Below, piece after piece: positions 44,190-54,762 of a stretch of DNA of 64,000 nt. Numbering within the stretch: position 1 is the first letter of the stretch; each line of letters begins with the position of its first letter. This DNA comes from an uncultured Verrucomicrobiota bacterium (GTDB taxonomy: Bacteria > Verrucomicrobiota > Kiritimatiellia > CAIQIC01 > Lenti-01): positions 43 to 64,042 of the forward strand of contig CALMNW010000063.1 of assembly GCA_937872095.1 (NCBI GenBank). The letters are read 5' to 3'. The notes under the pieces were generated by a model, which saw only the letters and a list, made by a program, of their open reading frames with translations, had not been told where the DNA came from and ran no database searches. The position numbers were made by a program, and so were the translations under genes.

Positions 44190-44809
44190 AATTGTATCGG
44201 CGCGGGGAGGGGCGGTGGGTTCTGCTGATGTTTTTCATCGGGTTGGCCCTGGGGACGTTTTTTGAAATATATCCGTTCCTGGCGCGGCAGGCGCCGGTAC
44301 CGGCGGAACTGCTCGTGGTCGAGGGCTGGGTGGGGGACGATCTGCTGGCGCAGGCCGCGGGCTGGGCGGAATCGAACGGGGTGAAGCGGATCGTGGCGAC
44401 GGGCGGGCCGATCGAATTGGGGAGCTATCTGGCGGGGTTCAAGACCTACGCGGAGATGACGAAGGCGCGGATGGAGGCGCTGGGGCTGGGGGAGAAATTC
44501 GAGCTGTCGGCGGTGCCGGCGGAGAAGGTGCGGCGGGGGCGGACGCGGGAGTCGGCGCGGGCGCTGCTGGCGGCGCTGGGGCTGGAGCGGGGGGCGTTCA
44601 ATTTGGCGAGCGAGGGGCCGCATGCGCGGCGGAGCTGGCGGGCGTTTCGGGATGCGTTCGGCGACGGCGTGGAGGTGGGCAGCGTGGCGCTGACGCCGAC
44701 GAGCTACGATGGGCAGGATTGGTGGACGTGTTCGGAGGGGGTGCGGGCGGTGGTCGCGGAGGCGATCGCGTATGCCTACGACTTGTTGCCGGGCGGCGGC
44801 GGGGAGTGA
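44186..44809 (+). CDS. DUF218/ElyC-like protein
   Basis: N-terminal TM; LLVVEGW, ATGGP, RT.ESA, HARRS, WW..SEGVR.V..E. Confidence 0.8.
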   Translation: MKLYRRGEGRWVLLMFFIGLALGTFFEIYPFLARQAPVPAELLVVEGWVGDDLLAQAAGWAESNGVKRIVATGGPIELGSYLAGFKTYAEMTKARMEALGLGEKFELSAVPAEKVRRGRTRESARALLAALGLERGAFNLASEGPHARRSWRAFRDAFGDGVEVGSVALTPTSYDGQDWWTCSEGVRAVVAEAIAYAYDLLPGGGGE

Positions 44810-44893
44810 GCGGGCACTAGGCGGAGGCGGGGAGCGGGGAGACAGAAAACGGGGATTTCTTTTGGATTTGGCCGGCGCGAGAACCAACCGGCA

Positions 44894-45191
44894 TCTTTTC
44901 CGCGCGGACGCTCCACGGCCGACCACTCGCGTACACGAGTACTGCTCGGGTCGTCCGCAAAGCGTCCTCATCGGAAAATCTACCGGTTATTCCCGCGAAA
45001 CAGCCCCGTCCAAATCCCAAAGAAATCCCCTGCTGGCGCGTCCTGCGGACAGCGGGCACGGACGACACATATTTTGCACGGCGTTGAATGACCCTCGTTT
45101 TTCCAAATCCTTTTCCGCGGTGTCCCAACCTGCGGTTTGCGAGCAAGTGGATTCCCATGAATCGGCCCTCCAACCGCTGAACCGTTGAACC
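44894..45191. repeat. modular intergenic repeat, copy 1 (order A-C-B-D)
   Basis: A 44894-44980, C 45008-45028, B 45092-45165, D 45170-45191; homologous to 47982-48323. Confidence 0.8.
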
Positions 45192-45259
45192 ATTCGCCTG
45201 CGTTCGCCATTGATTTGGGGGCGGGGGAGGCGCAAGATCCGGCATCGAGGAGGCGGGCC

Positions 45260-45640
45260 ATGAGGCGAACGAGTCGGCACGGGTTCACGTTGGTCGAAGT
45301 ATTGACGACGGTGGCGATCATCGCGCTGCTGGCGGCGCTGATCCTGGGGCTGACGGGCCACGCGCAGAAGCAGGCGGCGCGCAAGAAGGCGGAGTCGGAG
45401 ATCGCGCAACTGGAGAGTTTCCTCGGGACGTATCGGGCCCAGTACGGGCAGGTGCCGCAGACGAAGGGGGCGTTTTCGGCCGCGCTCGCGGAGGCGAATC
45501 ACCCGCTGGCGGACTTGGCGGATCCGTGGGGGAATCCCTACGAGTACCAGGCGAGCTCGCCGGCGACCTATTATCTGTGGTCGACGGGCGGGGCCGCGGT
45601 CCTGGATCCCACGCTCGCCATCGGCCATCCGCCGCCTTGA
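45260..45640 (+). CDS. type II secretion pseudopilin (GspG-like, prepilin N-methylation motif)
   Basis: GFTLVEVL...hydrophobic helix; DPWGNPYEY...Y.LWS.G. Confidence 0.88.
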   Translation: MRRTSRHGFTLVEVLTTVAIIALLAALILGLTGHAQKQAARKKAESEIAQLESFLGTYRAQYGQVPQTKGAFSAALAEANHPLADLADPWGNPYEYQASSPATYYLWSTGGAAVLDPTLAIGHPPP

Positions 45641-45825
45641 CGGATTTCGCGCGGCCGGCGGTCGGCATCGTTCCGGATGGGTTCCAGCGCCGGAAATGGT
45701 TTTCCAGCTGCCGAACCGTGAACGGCTGAACCGTTGAACCTCGAACCCCTTCTCCGTGAACCGTTTTTTCCTGTGCAAGGGGCGCGGGGGTGGGGTATAA
45801 AAAGGCCGAAGTCAGGAGAAACCAC

Positions 45826-46368
45826 ATGAAGGCCATCCATTTTCTGCTGGGACTGGTGTTGTATCTCGCGATCGCGGCCTTCGGGCTGGCGCTGATCGTC
45901 TCGACGCGCTATCCGGAGTTCATCCAGATCGCGCAGGGGGCGGTGCACGGGCTGCCGGGATGGGCGCGGATCGTCGCGGGCGTGCTCGTGGTGCTGTATC
46001 CGTTCGCCTATCTGCTGTCGGGCCTGGCGGGGCGCCGGCAAAAATCGTTCATCACGTTCCAGAACGAGAACGGAACGGTGAGCGTGAGCACGGACGCGGT
46101 GCAGGACTATCTCAACGGCCTGAAGAACGAATTCGCGGCGGTGGTCGCGCTGAAGTCGCACCTGCGCGTCGTGCGCGGCGCGCTGGACGTCGGCCTGGTG
46201 CTGGGGGTGCGGGACGGCACGCAGATTCCCGAGCTGTGCAAGCTGATGCAGGCGCGCGTGCGCGAACTGCTGGAAGAGCATCTGGGCACCTGCGATCTCG
46301 CGGGCGTGGCGATCGACGTGACCGAAATCCGCGCGCGGAAGAAATCCGCGCTGGAACAACCGGCGTAA
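45826..46368 (+). CDS. AmaP-like alkaline shock membrane anchor (Asp23 family)
   Basis: Two TM helices, then F..E.G.V.VS..A..D and Q.RV...L...LG....V.IDV. Confidence 0.75.
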   Translation: MKAIHFLLGLVLYLAIAAFGLALIVSTRYPEFIQIAQGAVHGLPGWARIVAGVLVVLYPFAYLLSGLAGRRQKSFITFQNENGTVSVSTDAVQDYLNGLKNEFAAVVALKSHLRVVRGALDVGLVLGVRDGTQIPELCKLMQARVRELLEEHLGTCDLAGVAIDVTEIRARKKSALEQPA

Positions 46369-46380
46369 GGCGGAGGGGCC

Positions 46381-46947
46381 ATGGATTGGGACGCATTCGC
46401 CGAAGGGCATCTGGACGCCGCGCACGAGGTGTTGACGACGCTGCGCCCCGCGATCGAAGCGGTGGCGGCGGGCATGGCGGAGCGTCTCCGCGCGGGCGGC
46501 AAGGTGATGGCGTGCGGCAACGGGGGCAGCGCGGCCGACGCGCAGCATTTCGCGGCGGAACTCGTGAACCGCTTCCAGCGGGAACGGCGGCCGTACGCGG
46601 GGCTCGCGCTGACGACGGACAGCTCGGTGCTGACGTCGATCGGCAACGACTACGATTTCAGCCAGGCCTACGCCAAGCAGGTGCAGGCGCTGGGCCGCAA
46701 GGAAGACGTGCTGCTGGCGATCTCGACGAGCGGCAACGCGGCGAACGTGTGCCGCGCGGCGGAAGCCGCCAAGGCGGCGGGCATCTGGACGGTGGCGCTG
46801 TGCGGCGGCAAGGGCGGGAAGCTCGCGGCGCTGGCGGACGAGAAGCTGTGCGTGGCCAGCACGGGCGTGACGGCGCGCATCCAGGAAGGGCATGCGATGA
46901 TCATCCATGCCCTATGCCAGCTGATCGAAGAACAATTGGCCGAATAG
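46381..46947 (+). CDS. gmhA: phosphoheptose isomerase
   Basis: CGNGGSAADAQHFAAE, IGNDY, ISTSGN, TARIQEGH...IH. Confidence 0.95.
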   Translation: MDWDAFAEGHLDAAHEVLTTLRPAIEAVAAGMAERLRAGGKVMACGNGGSAADAQHFAAELVNRFQRERRPYAGLALTTDSSVLTSIGNDYDFSQAYAKQVQALGRKEDVLLAISTSGNAANVCRAAEAAKAAGIWTVALCGGKGGKLAALADEKLCVASTGVTARIQEGHAMIIHALCQLIEEQLAE

Positions 46948-46996
46948 GCCGCGGGGGCGGCTTGGGCGGAACGGCGACAAGGAGACGAGGAGAATC

Positions 46997-47911
46997 ATGA
47001 GCAAATTGGAAACCCCGGACGTGGTGGTGGTGGGATCGGTGGCCTTCGACAGCGTGCAGACGCCGAAGGCCATGCACGAAAAACTGCTGGGCGGCTCGGC
47101 GAGCTATACGAGCGTCGCGGCCGCGCTGTTCGCCAAGACGGGCGTGGTGGGCGTGGTGGGCGAGGATTTTCCGCAGAAGTACTTCGACATTTTCGCGCAG
47201 GCGGGCGTGGATACGCAGGGGCTCCAGCAGGAGAAGGGCAAGACCTTCCACTGGAGCGGCGTCTACGAGGACAACATGAACAACCGGCGCACGAACTGCA
47301 CGGACCTGAACGTGTTCGCCGACTTCAATCCCGTGATTCCCGAGGCCTACCGGACGAGCCCGTACCTGTGCCTGGAAAACATCGCGCCCGCGCTGCAGGC
47401 GCGCGTGCTGGACCAGATGGAGAAGCCGAAGTTCACCGTGCTGGACACGATGGACCTGTGGATCAACACGACGCGCGAGGAGCTGATGAACGTGATCCGG
47501 CGCGTGGACCTGCTGACGGTCAACGAACACGAGGCGCGGCACCTGACGGGCAAGGGCTCGCTGCTGAAGGCGGCGAAGAAGATCCTGGACATGGGGCCGA
47601 CCTACGCGCTGATCAAGAAGGGCGAACACGGGGCGTTCCTGATGTCGAAGGACGACATGCTGATCGTGCCGGCGTGGCCGCTGGTGGAGGTGGTGGATCC
47701 GACGGGGGCGGGCGACACGTTCGCGGGCGGGTTGCTGGGGACGATCGCGGCGCTGGGCGGGGTGACGCGGGAGAATCTGCACAAGGCGCTGGTGAACGCG
47801 ACGGTGACGGCGGCGTATACGTGCGAGGCGTTCAGCGTGGATCGGCTGCGGCAGATTACGCGGGCGGAGCTGGAGGAGCGCGCGAAGGCGTTCCGCCGCA
47901 TGCTGCCGTAG
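46997..47911 (+). CDS. PfkB-family carbohydrate kinase
   Basis: VGSVAFD, LGGSASY, N..EA, KKGEHGA, DPTGAGDTFAGG. Confidence 0.93.
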   Translation: MSKLETPDVVVVGSVAFDSVQTPKAMHEKLLGGSASYTSVAAALFAKTGVVGVVGEDFPQKYFDIFAQAGVDTQGLQQEKGKTFHWSGVYEDNMNNRRTNCTDLNVFADFNPVIPEAYRTSPYLCLENIAPALQARVLDQMEKPKFTVLDTMDLWINTTREELMNVIRRVDLLTVNEHEARHLTGKGSLLKAAKKILDMGPTYALIKKGEHGAFLMSKDDMLIVPAWPLVEVVDPTGAGDTFAGGLLGTIAALGGVTRENLHKALVNATVTAAYTCEAFSVDRLRQITRAELEERAKAFRRMLP

Positions 47912-47981
47912 CGGCGCGCGGGGGGAGGCGGGGAAAAGCGGGAAAGGCTTCGGGAAAACGAGGCGGCAAAACGAAGGCCCG

Positions 47982-48323
47982 TCTTTTCCGCGCGGCCGCC
48001 TCGAGGCCGACCGCTCGCGGATACGTATCCTGCTCGGGTCGGCCGCGAGGTGCCCTCATCGAAAAATCCAGGCGCTTATTTTGCCGGGAAAGCCCCTCGT
48101 TTTTCCGAATCCTTTCCCGCGCCTGCACAACCTGCGGTTCGCGGGCAAGTGAGTTCCTTGAATCGGGGCATCGAGTGTTGTCGCGAGAGGCTTTGTCCAA
48201 ATCCGAAGAAATCCTCGGCGTGTCCAGTCCTTCGGGGGGCGATGGGTTGCGCGCTGGAAATGCAGAGGGTTGGAATAAGGTTTCGTCCCCAACCGCTGAA
48301 CCGTGAACCGTTGAACCGTGAAC
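47982..48323. repeat. modular intergenic repeat, copy 2 (order A-B-C-D)
   Basis: A 47982-48068, B 48094-48166, C 48195-48214, D 48289-48323. Confidence 0.8.
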
Positions 48324-48382
48324 TTGGATTTTCTTGCCGTGCGGCTTGACCCGGCGCGGGCGGAGGGCGAGAATACCCCTCG

Positions 48383-49891
48383 ATGAACGGGCTCGCATGG
48401 TTGGACTATTTCCGGGGCGCGCCGTGGCTGTCGTGGGGCGCGGCGTTCCACGTGGTGCTGTTTTTCCTGGTGATGCTGCATGCGCTGCGGCATCGGCGGC
48501 GCGCGGATTCGACGTTGCTGTGGCTGTTCGTGACTTGGTCGCTGCCGGTGGTGGGCGCGCTGCTCTACGCGGCGTTCGGCGTGGACCGGGTGCCGAAGGA
48601 ACGCTGGCAGCGGGGCGTGCAGCGGCGCGTCCGCATGGACGGGGCCCGGGATGCGACGACGGACGACGTGCTGCCGGAGGCGTATTGGCGGTCCATGGGG
48701 CGGGCGGCGGCGACGCCGGCGGACGAGTGGACGCGCGAGCTGGACCGTCCGCTGGAAGCCATGCTGGAGAACTATCCGCTGCTGGGCGGCAACCGCATCA
48801 CGCCGCTGCTGACGGGCGACGAGGCGTTTCCGAAGATGCTGGACGCGATCCGCGAGGCGCGCCACCACGTGCACCTGCAATCGTTCATCATCGGCAACGA
48901 CGACGTGGGGCGGGAATTCATGGAGGCGGTGGCGGCAAAAGCGCGGGCGGGGGTGCGCGTGCGGGTGCTCTACGACCGGTTCGGGTCGTCGCACGCGCTG
49001 TGGGGCGGTCTGTTCCGGAAGTACCGCCAGACGCCGAACCTGTCGATCGCGGGCTGGACGCAGTCGAACCTGTTCCGCAAGCAGCTGCATTTCAACCTGC
49101 GCAACCACCGCAAGGCGCTGATCGTGGACGGGCGGATCGGCTTCATGGGCGGCGTGAACCTGAACGAGTACTCGCGGAGCCGCCCCGGACAGCCGGCGAT
49201 CCAGGACTACCACTTCCGCCTGCTGGGCCCGGTGGTGCAGGAGCTGCAGTATTCGTTCCTGCGCGATTGGCACGTGATGACGGAAGAAGACCCGGAACAG
49301 CTGCTGAGCGCGCACCATTTCCGGCGCCTGCACGAAGAGGGGAAAGCGCTCGCGCGCGTGGTCAACAGCGGGCCGTCGTCGGACCTGCGCGTGGCGGTGG
49401 ACGTGTTTTTCAACGCGGTGAACGAGGCGCGCGAACAGGTGCTGATCATCACGCCGTATTTCCTGCCGTCGGAGGACCTGCTGCGGGCGCTGCGGCTCGC
49501 GGCGCTGCGGGGGGTGCGGGTGCAGCTGGTGGTGCCGGCGAAGAGCAACCACTGGTACACGACGTGGGCCGGCCGCGCGACGTACGAGGATCTGCTGGAA
49601 GCCGGCGTGCGGATCTACGAGCGGCCGCCGCCGTTCATGCACGCGAAGGCGATGGTGGTGGACGACCGGCTGGCGGTGGTGGGCTCGGCCAACTGGGATT
49701 ATCGCAGCCTGTATTCGAACTACGAGACGCTCCTGACGGCGTACGATCCGGGCTTCGCGGCGGAACTGAAGCGGATCATGAGCGAAGATCTGATCGCGAG
49801 CCGCGAGATCGAGTGGCCGGCCTTCAACCGGCGCCCGATCCACCAGCGCTATCTCGAAAACGCCTGCGGGCTCCTGTCGCCGATGCTCTAA
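48383..49891 (+). CDS. cls: cardiolipin synthase
   Basis: N-terminal TMs (WL....LPVVG.LLY); [11 protein letters not shown]; MHAKAMVVD; GSANWD.RS. Confidence 0.93.
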   Translation: MNGLAWLDYFRGAPWLSWGAAFHVVLFFLVMLHALRHRRRADSTLLWLFVTWSLPVVGALLYAAFGVDRVPKERWQRGVQRRVRMDGARDATTDDVLPEAYWRSMGRAAATPADEWTRELDRPLEAMLENYPLLGGNRITPLLTGDEAFPKMLDAIREARHHVHLQSFIIGNDDVGREFMEAVAAKARAGVRVRVLYDRFGSSHALWGGLFRKYRQTPNLSIAGWTQSNLFRKQLHFNLRNHRKALIVDGRIGFMGGVNLNEYSRSRPGQPAIQDYHFRLLGPVVQELQYSFLRDWHVMTEEDPEQLLSAHHFRRLHEEGKALARVVNSGPSSDLRVAVDVFFNAVNEAREQVLIITPYFLPSEDLLRALRLAALRGVRVQLVVPAKSNHWYTTWAGRATYEDLLEAGVRIYERPPPFMHAKAMVVDDRLAVVGSANWDYRSLYSNYETLLTAYDPGFAAELKRIMSEDLIASREIEWPAFNRRPIHQRYLENACGLLSPML

Positions 49892-49970
49892 GGGCGTCGG
49901 GGGAAAGGATTGCGCGGGGGCGGGGGAAAGGATACGATTCCATTTTCTTATGAAAATCCAAGGAGCGCAC

Positions 49971-51023
49971 ATGAAGAAATGGATTCGGTTGGGTTGGATG
50001 CTGGCGGCGGTCGCGGGGCTGGGCTTGGTCGCGGGCTGCGGCAAGGGGAAGACGGAAGGCGGCGACGATGCCGCGAAAACCTACAAGCTGACTTACAGCG
50101 TGTTTTTCCCGCCGATGCACGTCCAGGCCAAGACGGCCATGGATTGGGCGGCGGAAGTCGAGAAGCGCTCGGGCGGCCGCATCCAGATCACCGTGCATCC
50201 GGGCGGTTCGCTGACGAAAGCGGACCAATGCTGGCAAGGGGTGATCAGCGGCATTTCCGATCTGGGCATGAGCTGCTTCGCCTATACGCCGGGGCGCTTC
50301 CCGCTGCTGGAGGCCCTCGATCTGCCGCTGGGCTGGCCCGACGGCCTGACGGCCACTCGCGTGGCCACCGCGCTGGCGGCGAAATACAACCCCGCCGAAA
50401 TCCAGGGCGCCAAGATCCTCTACGTGCACGGCCATGGCCCCGGCATCCTCGCCACGAAGAAACCCGTGCGCTCGCTGGCGGATCTCAAGAACATGAAGAT
50501 CCGCGGCACGGGCCTCTCCGCCGGCATCGCGACGGCGCTGGGCGCGACGGCGGTCGGCATGCCGCAGCCGGAAACCTACGACGCGCTCCAGAAGGGCGTG
50601 GTCGAAGGCACCTTCTGCCCGATCGAGACGCTCAAGGGCTGGAAGCAGGGCGAAGTCATCGAATACGTCACCGACACGAAGGCCATCGGCTACACGACGG
50701 CGATGTTCGTGGCGATGAACCAAAAGTCGTGGGATGCGCTGCCCGCCGACCTGCAGCAGATCCTCGCGGACGTCAGCGCGGAATTCGTGGACAAGCACGG
50801 CGAAGCCTGGAACCAGGCCGATGAAGAAGGCTTGGCGTTCGTGAAAGAATTGAACCGCGAGATCATCGCCTTGTCTCCCGAGGAAGAAGCCCTCTGGAAG
50901 CAGCAGGTGGCGCCGATCGTGGACAAGTACCTCGCGCAGTCGACGGAAAAGGGCTTGCCCGGCGCGGCCTTCCTGCAAGACGCGCAGACGATGATCGCGG
51001 AGGCCCGCGCGGCCCAGCCATGA
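49971..51023 (+). CDS. dctP: TRAP transporter substrate-binding lipoprotein
   Basis: Lipobox VAGC; SGGRI.I...PGG.L; YTPGRFP; KIR; [13 protein letters not shown]. Confidence 0.93.
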   Translation: MKKWIRLGWMLAAVAGLGLVAGCGKGKTEGGDDAAKTYKLTYSVFFPPMHVQAKTAMDWAAEVEKRSGGRIQITVHPGGSLTKADQCWQGVISGISDLGMSCFAYTPGRFPLLEALDLPLGWPDGLTATRVATALAAKYNPAEIQGAKILYVHGHGPGILATKKPVRSLADLKNMKIRGTGLSAGIATALGATAVGMPQPETYDALQKGVVEGTFCPIETLKGWKQGEVIEYVTDTKAIGYTTAMFVAMNQKSWDALPADLQQILADVSAEFVDKHGEAWNQADEEGLAFVKELNREIIALSPEEEALWKQQVAPIVDKYLAQSTEKGLPGAAFLQDAQTMIAEARAAQP

Positions 51024-51529
51024 GCCCCCTGTCGGGAACCAGCGCCCGCACGGGCGTCCTGCGCTGGACCGTGCACGCGATGGCCGCCGTCGGCGGCCTC
51101 GCGGTCGCGGGGATCGTCCTGGTGACGGTGGCCGACGTGGTCGGCCGGCAGTTCGGCTTTCCGGTGAAGGGCGCCTACGACCTGGTGCGGGTGCTGGGGG
51201 CGATCGCGATGGGCTGCGCGCTGCCGCTGACGAAAGCGGTCAAGGGCCACATCGCCATCGAGTATTTTTTCCAGAAGCTGGGCCGGCGCGGGCGCGCCGT
51301 CGCGGATACGCTCATGCGCCTGATCCTGCTGGGGCTGTTCATCCTGCTGGCCTGGCAGTTCGTCCTGCAGGGGACCATGTTTTTGGAGAGCGGCGAATTG
51401 ACGGCCACGCTGCACATGCCGATGTTCTGGGTGCCGTGGCTCGTGGCGTTGGCTTGCGTCGCGACCGCCGGCGTGACGCTGTGGCACCTGTTGCATCCCG
51501 GCCGTTCCATGATCAGGCCCCGCGGATGA
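51020..51529 (+). CDS. dctQ: TRAP transporter small permease
   Basis: 4 TM; ADVVGR...P..GAY.LV; GHIAIE; ATGA overlaps on both sides. Confidence 0.92.
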   Translation: MSPLSGTSARTGVLRWTVHAMAAVGGLAVAGIVLVTVADVVGRQFGFPVKGAYDLVRVLGAIAMGCALPLTKAVKGHIAIEYFFQKLGRRGRAVADTLMRLILLGLFILLAWQFVLQGTMFLESGELTATLHMPMFWVPWLVALACVATAGVTLWHLLHPGRSMIRPRG

Positions 51530-52827
51530 GCGAGCTGCAGCTAGGTTTGGCCGGGATCGTCCTGCTGTTCGTTCTGCTGGCGACGAGCATGCCGGTGGCC
51601 TTCGCCATGACCCTCGTGGGGCTGGCGGGTTTCGCGGTCGCGGTGAACGTGCCGGCGGCGCTGCACGTGATGGTCACGGACTACTACGACGTGTTCTCCA
51701 GCTACGGCCTGACGGTGATTCCGCTGTTCGTGTTCATGGGGCAGGTGGCGTTCCACACGGGCATCAGCCGGAAGCTGTTCGCCGCGGCGCACTGCTGGTT
51801 CGGCTGGCTGCGCGGGGGGCTGGCGATGGCCACGGTGGGGGCCTGCACGGTGTTCGGGGCCATCTGCGGCTCGGGGCCCGCGACGGCGGCGACGATGGCG
51901 GCGGTGGCGCTGCCGGAGATGAAGCGCTACCGGTATCATCCCGGCTTCGCGGCGGGAACGGTGGCGGCCGGCGGCAGCATCGGCATGATGATCCCGCCCA
52001 GCGTGGTGTTCATCGTCTACGGCGTGATGACGGAGCAAAGCATCGGCAAGCTGTTCATCGCGGGCATCGTGCCGGGACTGATGATCGCGGCGCTGTTCAT
52101 GGCGACGATCGGGCTGCTGTGCACGCTCCGCCCCGGGCTGGCGCCGGCGGCGACCGTCGCGACCTGGCGGGAGCGGTTCCGCTCGCTGGCGGGCGTGATC
52201 GAGATCCTGCTGCTGTTCGTCTTGGTGATGGGGGGGATGTTCGCGGGCTGGTTCACGCCGACGGAAGCCGCCGCGGTCGGCGCGGCCGGCAGCGTCGTCC
52301 TCGCGCTCGTTTCGGGCAAGTGCCAATTCCAAATGCTGGCGACGGCGATGGGCGAGACGCTGCGGACGTCGTGCATGGTGATGGTGATCGTGGCGGGCGC
52401 GACGGTGTTCGGGCATTTCCTGCAGATCACGAACGTGCCGACGGAACTGGCGGCGTGGATGGCCGGCCTGCCGCTGCCGGGCTGGGGCATCATGATGGCG
52501 ATCATCCTGTTCTACCTGGTCGCCGGCGCGTTTCTCGACGCGCTGGCGCTGGTACTGCTGACGATTCCGATCTTCTATCCCGTGGTCCTGAACCTGGGGT
52601 TCGATCCGATCTGGTTCGGCGTGATGATCGTGCTGGTCACGCAGATGGGCGTGATTTCGCCGCCGGTGGGCGTGAACGTGTACGTGGTGAGCGGGATGGA
52701 CCGCGCGGTGCCCCTGCAAAGCGTGTTCAAGGGCGCGCTGCCGTTCCTGGCGGCGCTGGTCGTCGCGGCGCTGCTGCTGCTGGCGTTCCCGCAGATCGTC
52801 ACGGTCCCGACGACGTGGGTGAAATAG
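51526..52827 (+). CDS. dctM: TRAP transporter large permease
   Basis: IPLFVFMG, GGLAMAT, IPPS, SIGKLF.AG, TPTEAA, DPIWFG, SPPVG.NVY. Confidence 0.95.
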   Translation: MSELQLGLAGIVLLFVLLATSMPVAFAMTLVGLAGFAVAVNVPAALHVMVTDYYDVFSSYGLTVIPLFVFMGQVAFHTGISRKLFAAAHCWFGWLRGGLAMATVGACTVFGAICGSGPATAATMAAVALPEMKRYRYHPGFAAGTVAAGGSIGMMIPPSVVFIVYGVMTEQSIGKLFIAGIVPGLMIAALFMATIGLLCTLRPGLAPAATVATWRERFRSLAGVIEILLLFVLVMGGMFAGWFTPTEAAAVGAAGSVVLALVSGKCQFQMLATAMGETLRTSCMVMVIVAGATVFGHFLQITNVPTELAAWMAGLPLPGWGIMMAIILFYLVAGAFLDALALVLLTIPIFYPVVLNLGFDPIWFGVMIVLVTQMGVISPPVGVNVYVVSGMDRAVPLQSVFKGALPFLAALVVAALLLLAFPQIVTVPTTWVK

Positions 52828-52846
52828 GCGCGGAAGGAAGAACTCC

Positions 52847-53317
52847 ATGGGCGAATCGATCCGGCACGAAAACTTCAGGAAGATCCTGTTCTGCACCGAC
52901 TTTTCGGAGAACGCGGACCGCGCGTTCGTTTTCGCGGTGAATTCGGCCGTGCGCAATGCCGGCTGCGAGCTACACCTGCTGCACGTCATTCCCGAACCGC
53001 CCGCGCAGTTCTGGAAGGGCTACATCTACGAAGTGGACGAAGACGTGGACGCGCGCGCCAAGCGCGAGATCGACGCCAAGCTCGCCGAGGCCTACCGGCC
53101 GCGCGTGCCCGCCGACGTGAAGCTGGTGATCGCCATGCGCATCGGCGAAGCCCGCCACAAGATCCTCGAATACGCCCTGGAACACGACGTCGATCTGATC
53201 GTCCTAGGCCGGCAGGGGGCCGGCGCGGTCGGCAAGATCCTGTTCGGCAACGTCACCGAGCGCGTCGTGCGCAAGGCCGACTGCCCCGTGCTCGTGATCC
53301 CGCCGGCGCCGAAATAG
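52847..53317 (+). CDS. universal stress protein
   Basis: KILFCTDFSE.A; DLIVLG.QG.....ILFGNVTERVVR.A.CPVLVI. Confidence 0.93.
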   Translation: MGESIRHENFRKILFCTDFSENADRAFVFAVNSAVRNAGCELHLLHVIPEPPAQFWKGYIYEVDEDVDARAKREIDAKLAEAYRPRVPADVKLVIAMRIGEARHKILEYALEHDVDLIVLGRQGAGAVGKILFGNVTERVVRKADCPVLVIPPAPK

Positions 53318-53328
53318 GGCATTTGGGG

Positions 53329-53403
53329 TTTGTTGTAGCCGCGCCCGCTGGGCGCGGGGTTGTGGATTCAATGGCCGGCCCCAACGGGACCGGCTACAAC
53401 AAA
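53329..53403. repeat. GTAG-type REP doublet between convergent genes
   Basis: 13-bp inverted repeat TTTGTTGTAGCCG / CGGCTACAACAAA with internal hairpins. Confidence 0.7.
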
Positions 53404-53495
53404 TCGAAAACCGCCTTTTCCGCGCGACTTCAGGGGCTTCGGGAATCGCACTTCATCGGTTTTCCATAGCGTGGAAAAAACGCCGGCGGCGGGCG

Positions 53496-54752
53496 TCAGG
53501 GGCGGATCTGGCCGGTGCCCTGGATGACGAACTTGTAGGTGGTGAGCTCTTCGAGGCCCATGGGTCCGCGCGCGTGGAGCTTGTCGGTCGAGATGCCGAT
53601 CTCGGCGCCCATGCCGAATTCGCCGCCGTCGGTGAAGCGCGTCGAGGCGTTGGCGTAGACGCAGGCGGAATCGACCTGCTCGAGGAATTTCTCCTGCGCC
53701 TTCTCGTCCGCGGAGAGGATGACGTCGGAATGGTGCGAACCGTGGAGGTTGATCCACGCGATGGCCGCGTCGAGGGAGGGCACGACGCCGACCGTCAGGA
53801 TGAGGTCGAGGTATTCCTCGTTCCAGTCCTCGGGCGTCGCGGGCTTCATGGCCGGCACGATGGCGCGGGCCGCGTCGTCGCCGCGCAGTTCCACGCGCTT
53901 GTCGGCCATGCGCGCGGCGAGCTGGGGCAGGAACGTCGCGGCGATCTTTTCGTGGACGAGCACCTTTTCGAGCGCGTTGCAGACGCCGGGGCGGCTGCAT
54001 TTGGCGTTCTCGACGACGTCGAGCGCCTGGGCGAAATCGGCGGTTTCGTCGACGAACGCGTGGCAGACGCCTTTGTAGTGCTTGATGACGGGGACGTGCG
54101 CCTGGTCGGTGACGGCGCGGATGAGCTTCTCGCCGCCGCGGGGAATGACGAGGTCCACGCGGCCTTCGAGCTGCACGAGCTCGCGCACGGCGTCGTGGTC
54201 GGTGGTGACGATGAGCTGGATGGAATTCGCGGGCAGGCCCTTGCGGGTGCCGCCGGCCTGGAGGGCGTCGACGAGCGCCTTGTTGGATTCCAGGGCCTCT
54301 TTCCCGCCGCGCAGGATCACGGCGTTGGACGTCTTGAAGCACAGCGCCGCGGCGTCCACGGTCACGTTGGGGCGCGATTCGAAGATGATGCCGATGACGC
54401 CGATGGGGACGCGGACTTTCTGGATGACGAGCCCGTTGGGGCGGACCCAGCGGGAGATTTTCTGGCCGACGGGGTCCTTGAGGCCGATGAGGGCGCGGAC
54501 GCCGTTGATCATGGAATCCATGCGTTTGTCCGTCAGCAGCAGGCGGTCGAGCATGGCGTCGGACAGGCCGGCGGCGCGGCCGGCGGCCATGTCGCGCGCG
54601 TTGGCTTCCTTGATGCGGTCGCGGCTCGCCTCGAGCGATTCGGCCATGGCTTCGAGAATGAGGTTCTTGCGCCGGGTGCCCAGGGTGGCGAGCTGGCGTT
54701 CGGCGGCGACGGCCTTGTCGCCCATGTCGATCATGGTTTCGTGCAGCGTCAT
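53496..54752 (-). CDS. proA: gamma-glutamyl phosphate reductase
   Basis: VPIGVIGIIFESRPNVT, LRGGKEA, GVCNALE, NASTRFTDGGEFG.GAEIGIST.KLHARGPMGL. Confidence 0.97.
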   Translation of the reverse strand: MTLHETMIDMGDKAVAAERQLATLGTRRKNLILEAMAESLEASRDRIKEANARDMAAGRAAGLSDAMLDRLLLTDKRMDSMINGVRALIGLKDPVGQKISRWVRPNGLVIQKVRVPIGVIGIIFESRPNVTVDAAALCFKTSNAVILRGGKEALESNKALVDALQAGGTRKGLPANSIQLIVTTDHDAVRELVQLEGRVDLVIPRGGEKLIRAVTDQAHVPVIKHYKGVCHAFVDETADFAQALDVVENAKCSRPGVCNALEKVLVHEKIAATFLPQLAARMADKRVELRGDDAARAIVPAMKPATPEDWNEEYLDLILTVGVVPSLDAAIAWINLHGSHHSDVILSADEKAQEKFLEQVDSACVYANASTRFTDGGEFGMGAEIGISTDKLHARGPMGLEELTTYKFVIQGTGQIRP

Positions 54753-54762
54753 GGCAGGCTCC

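Noticed and set aside
49971-53317. TRAP operon with a USP gene as a novelty
   Set aside because: This arrangement is already known (TeaABC-TeaD type).
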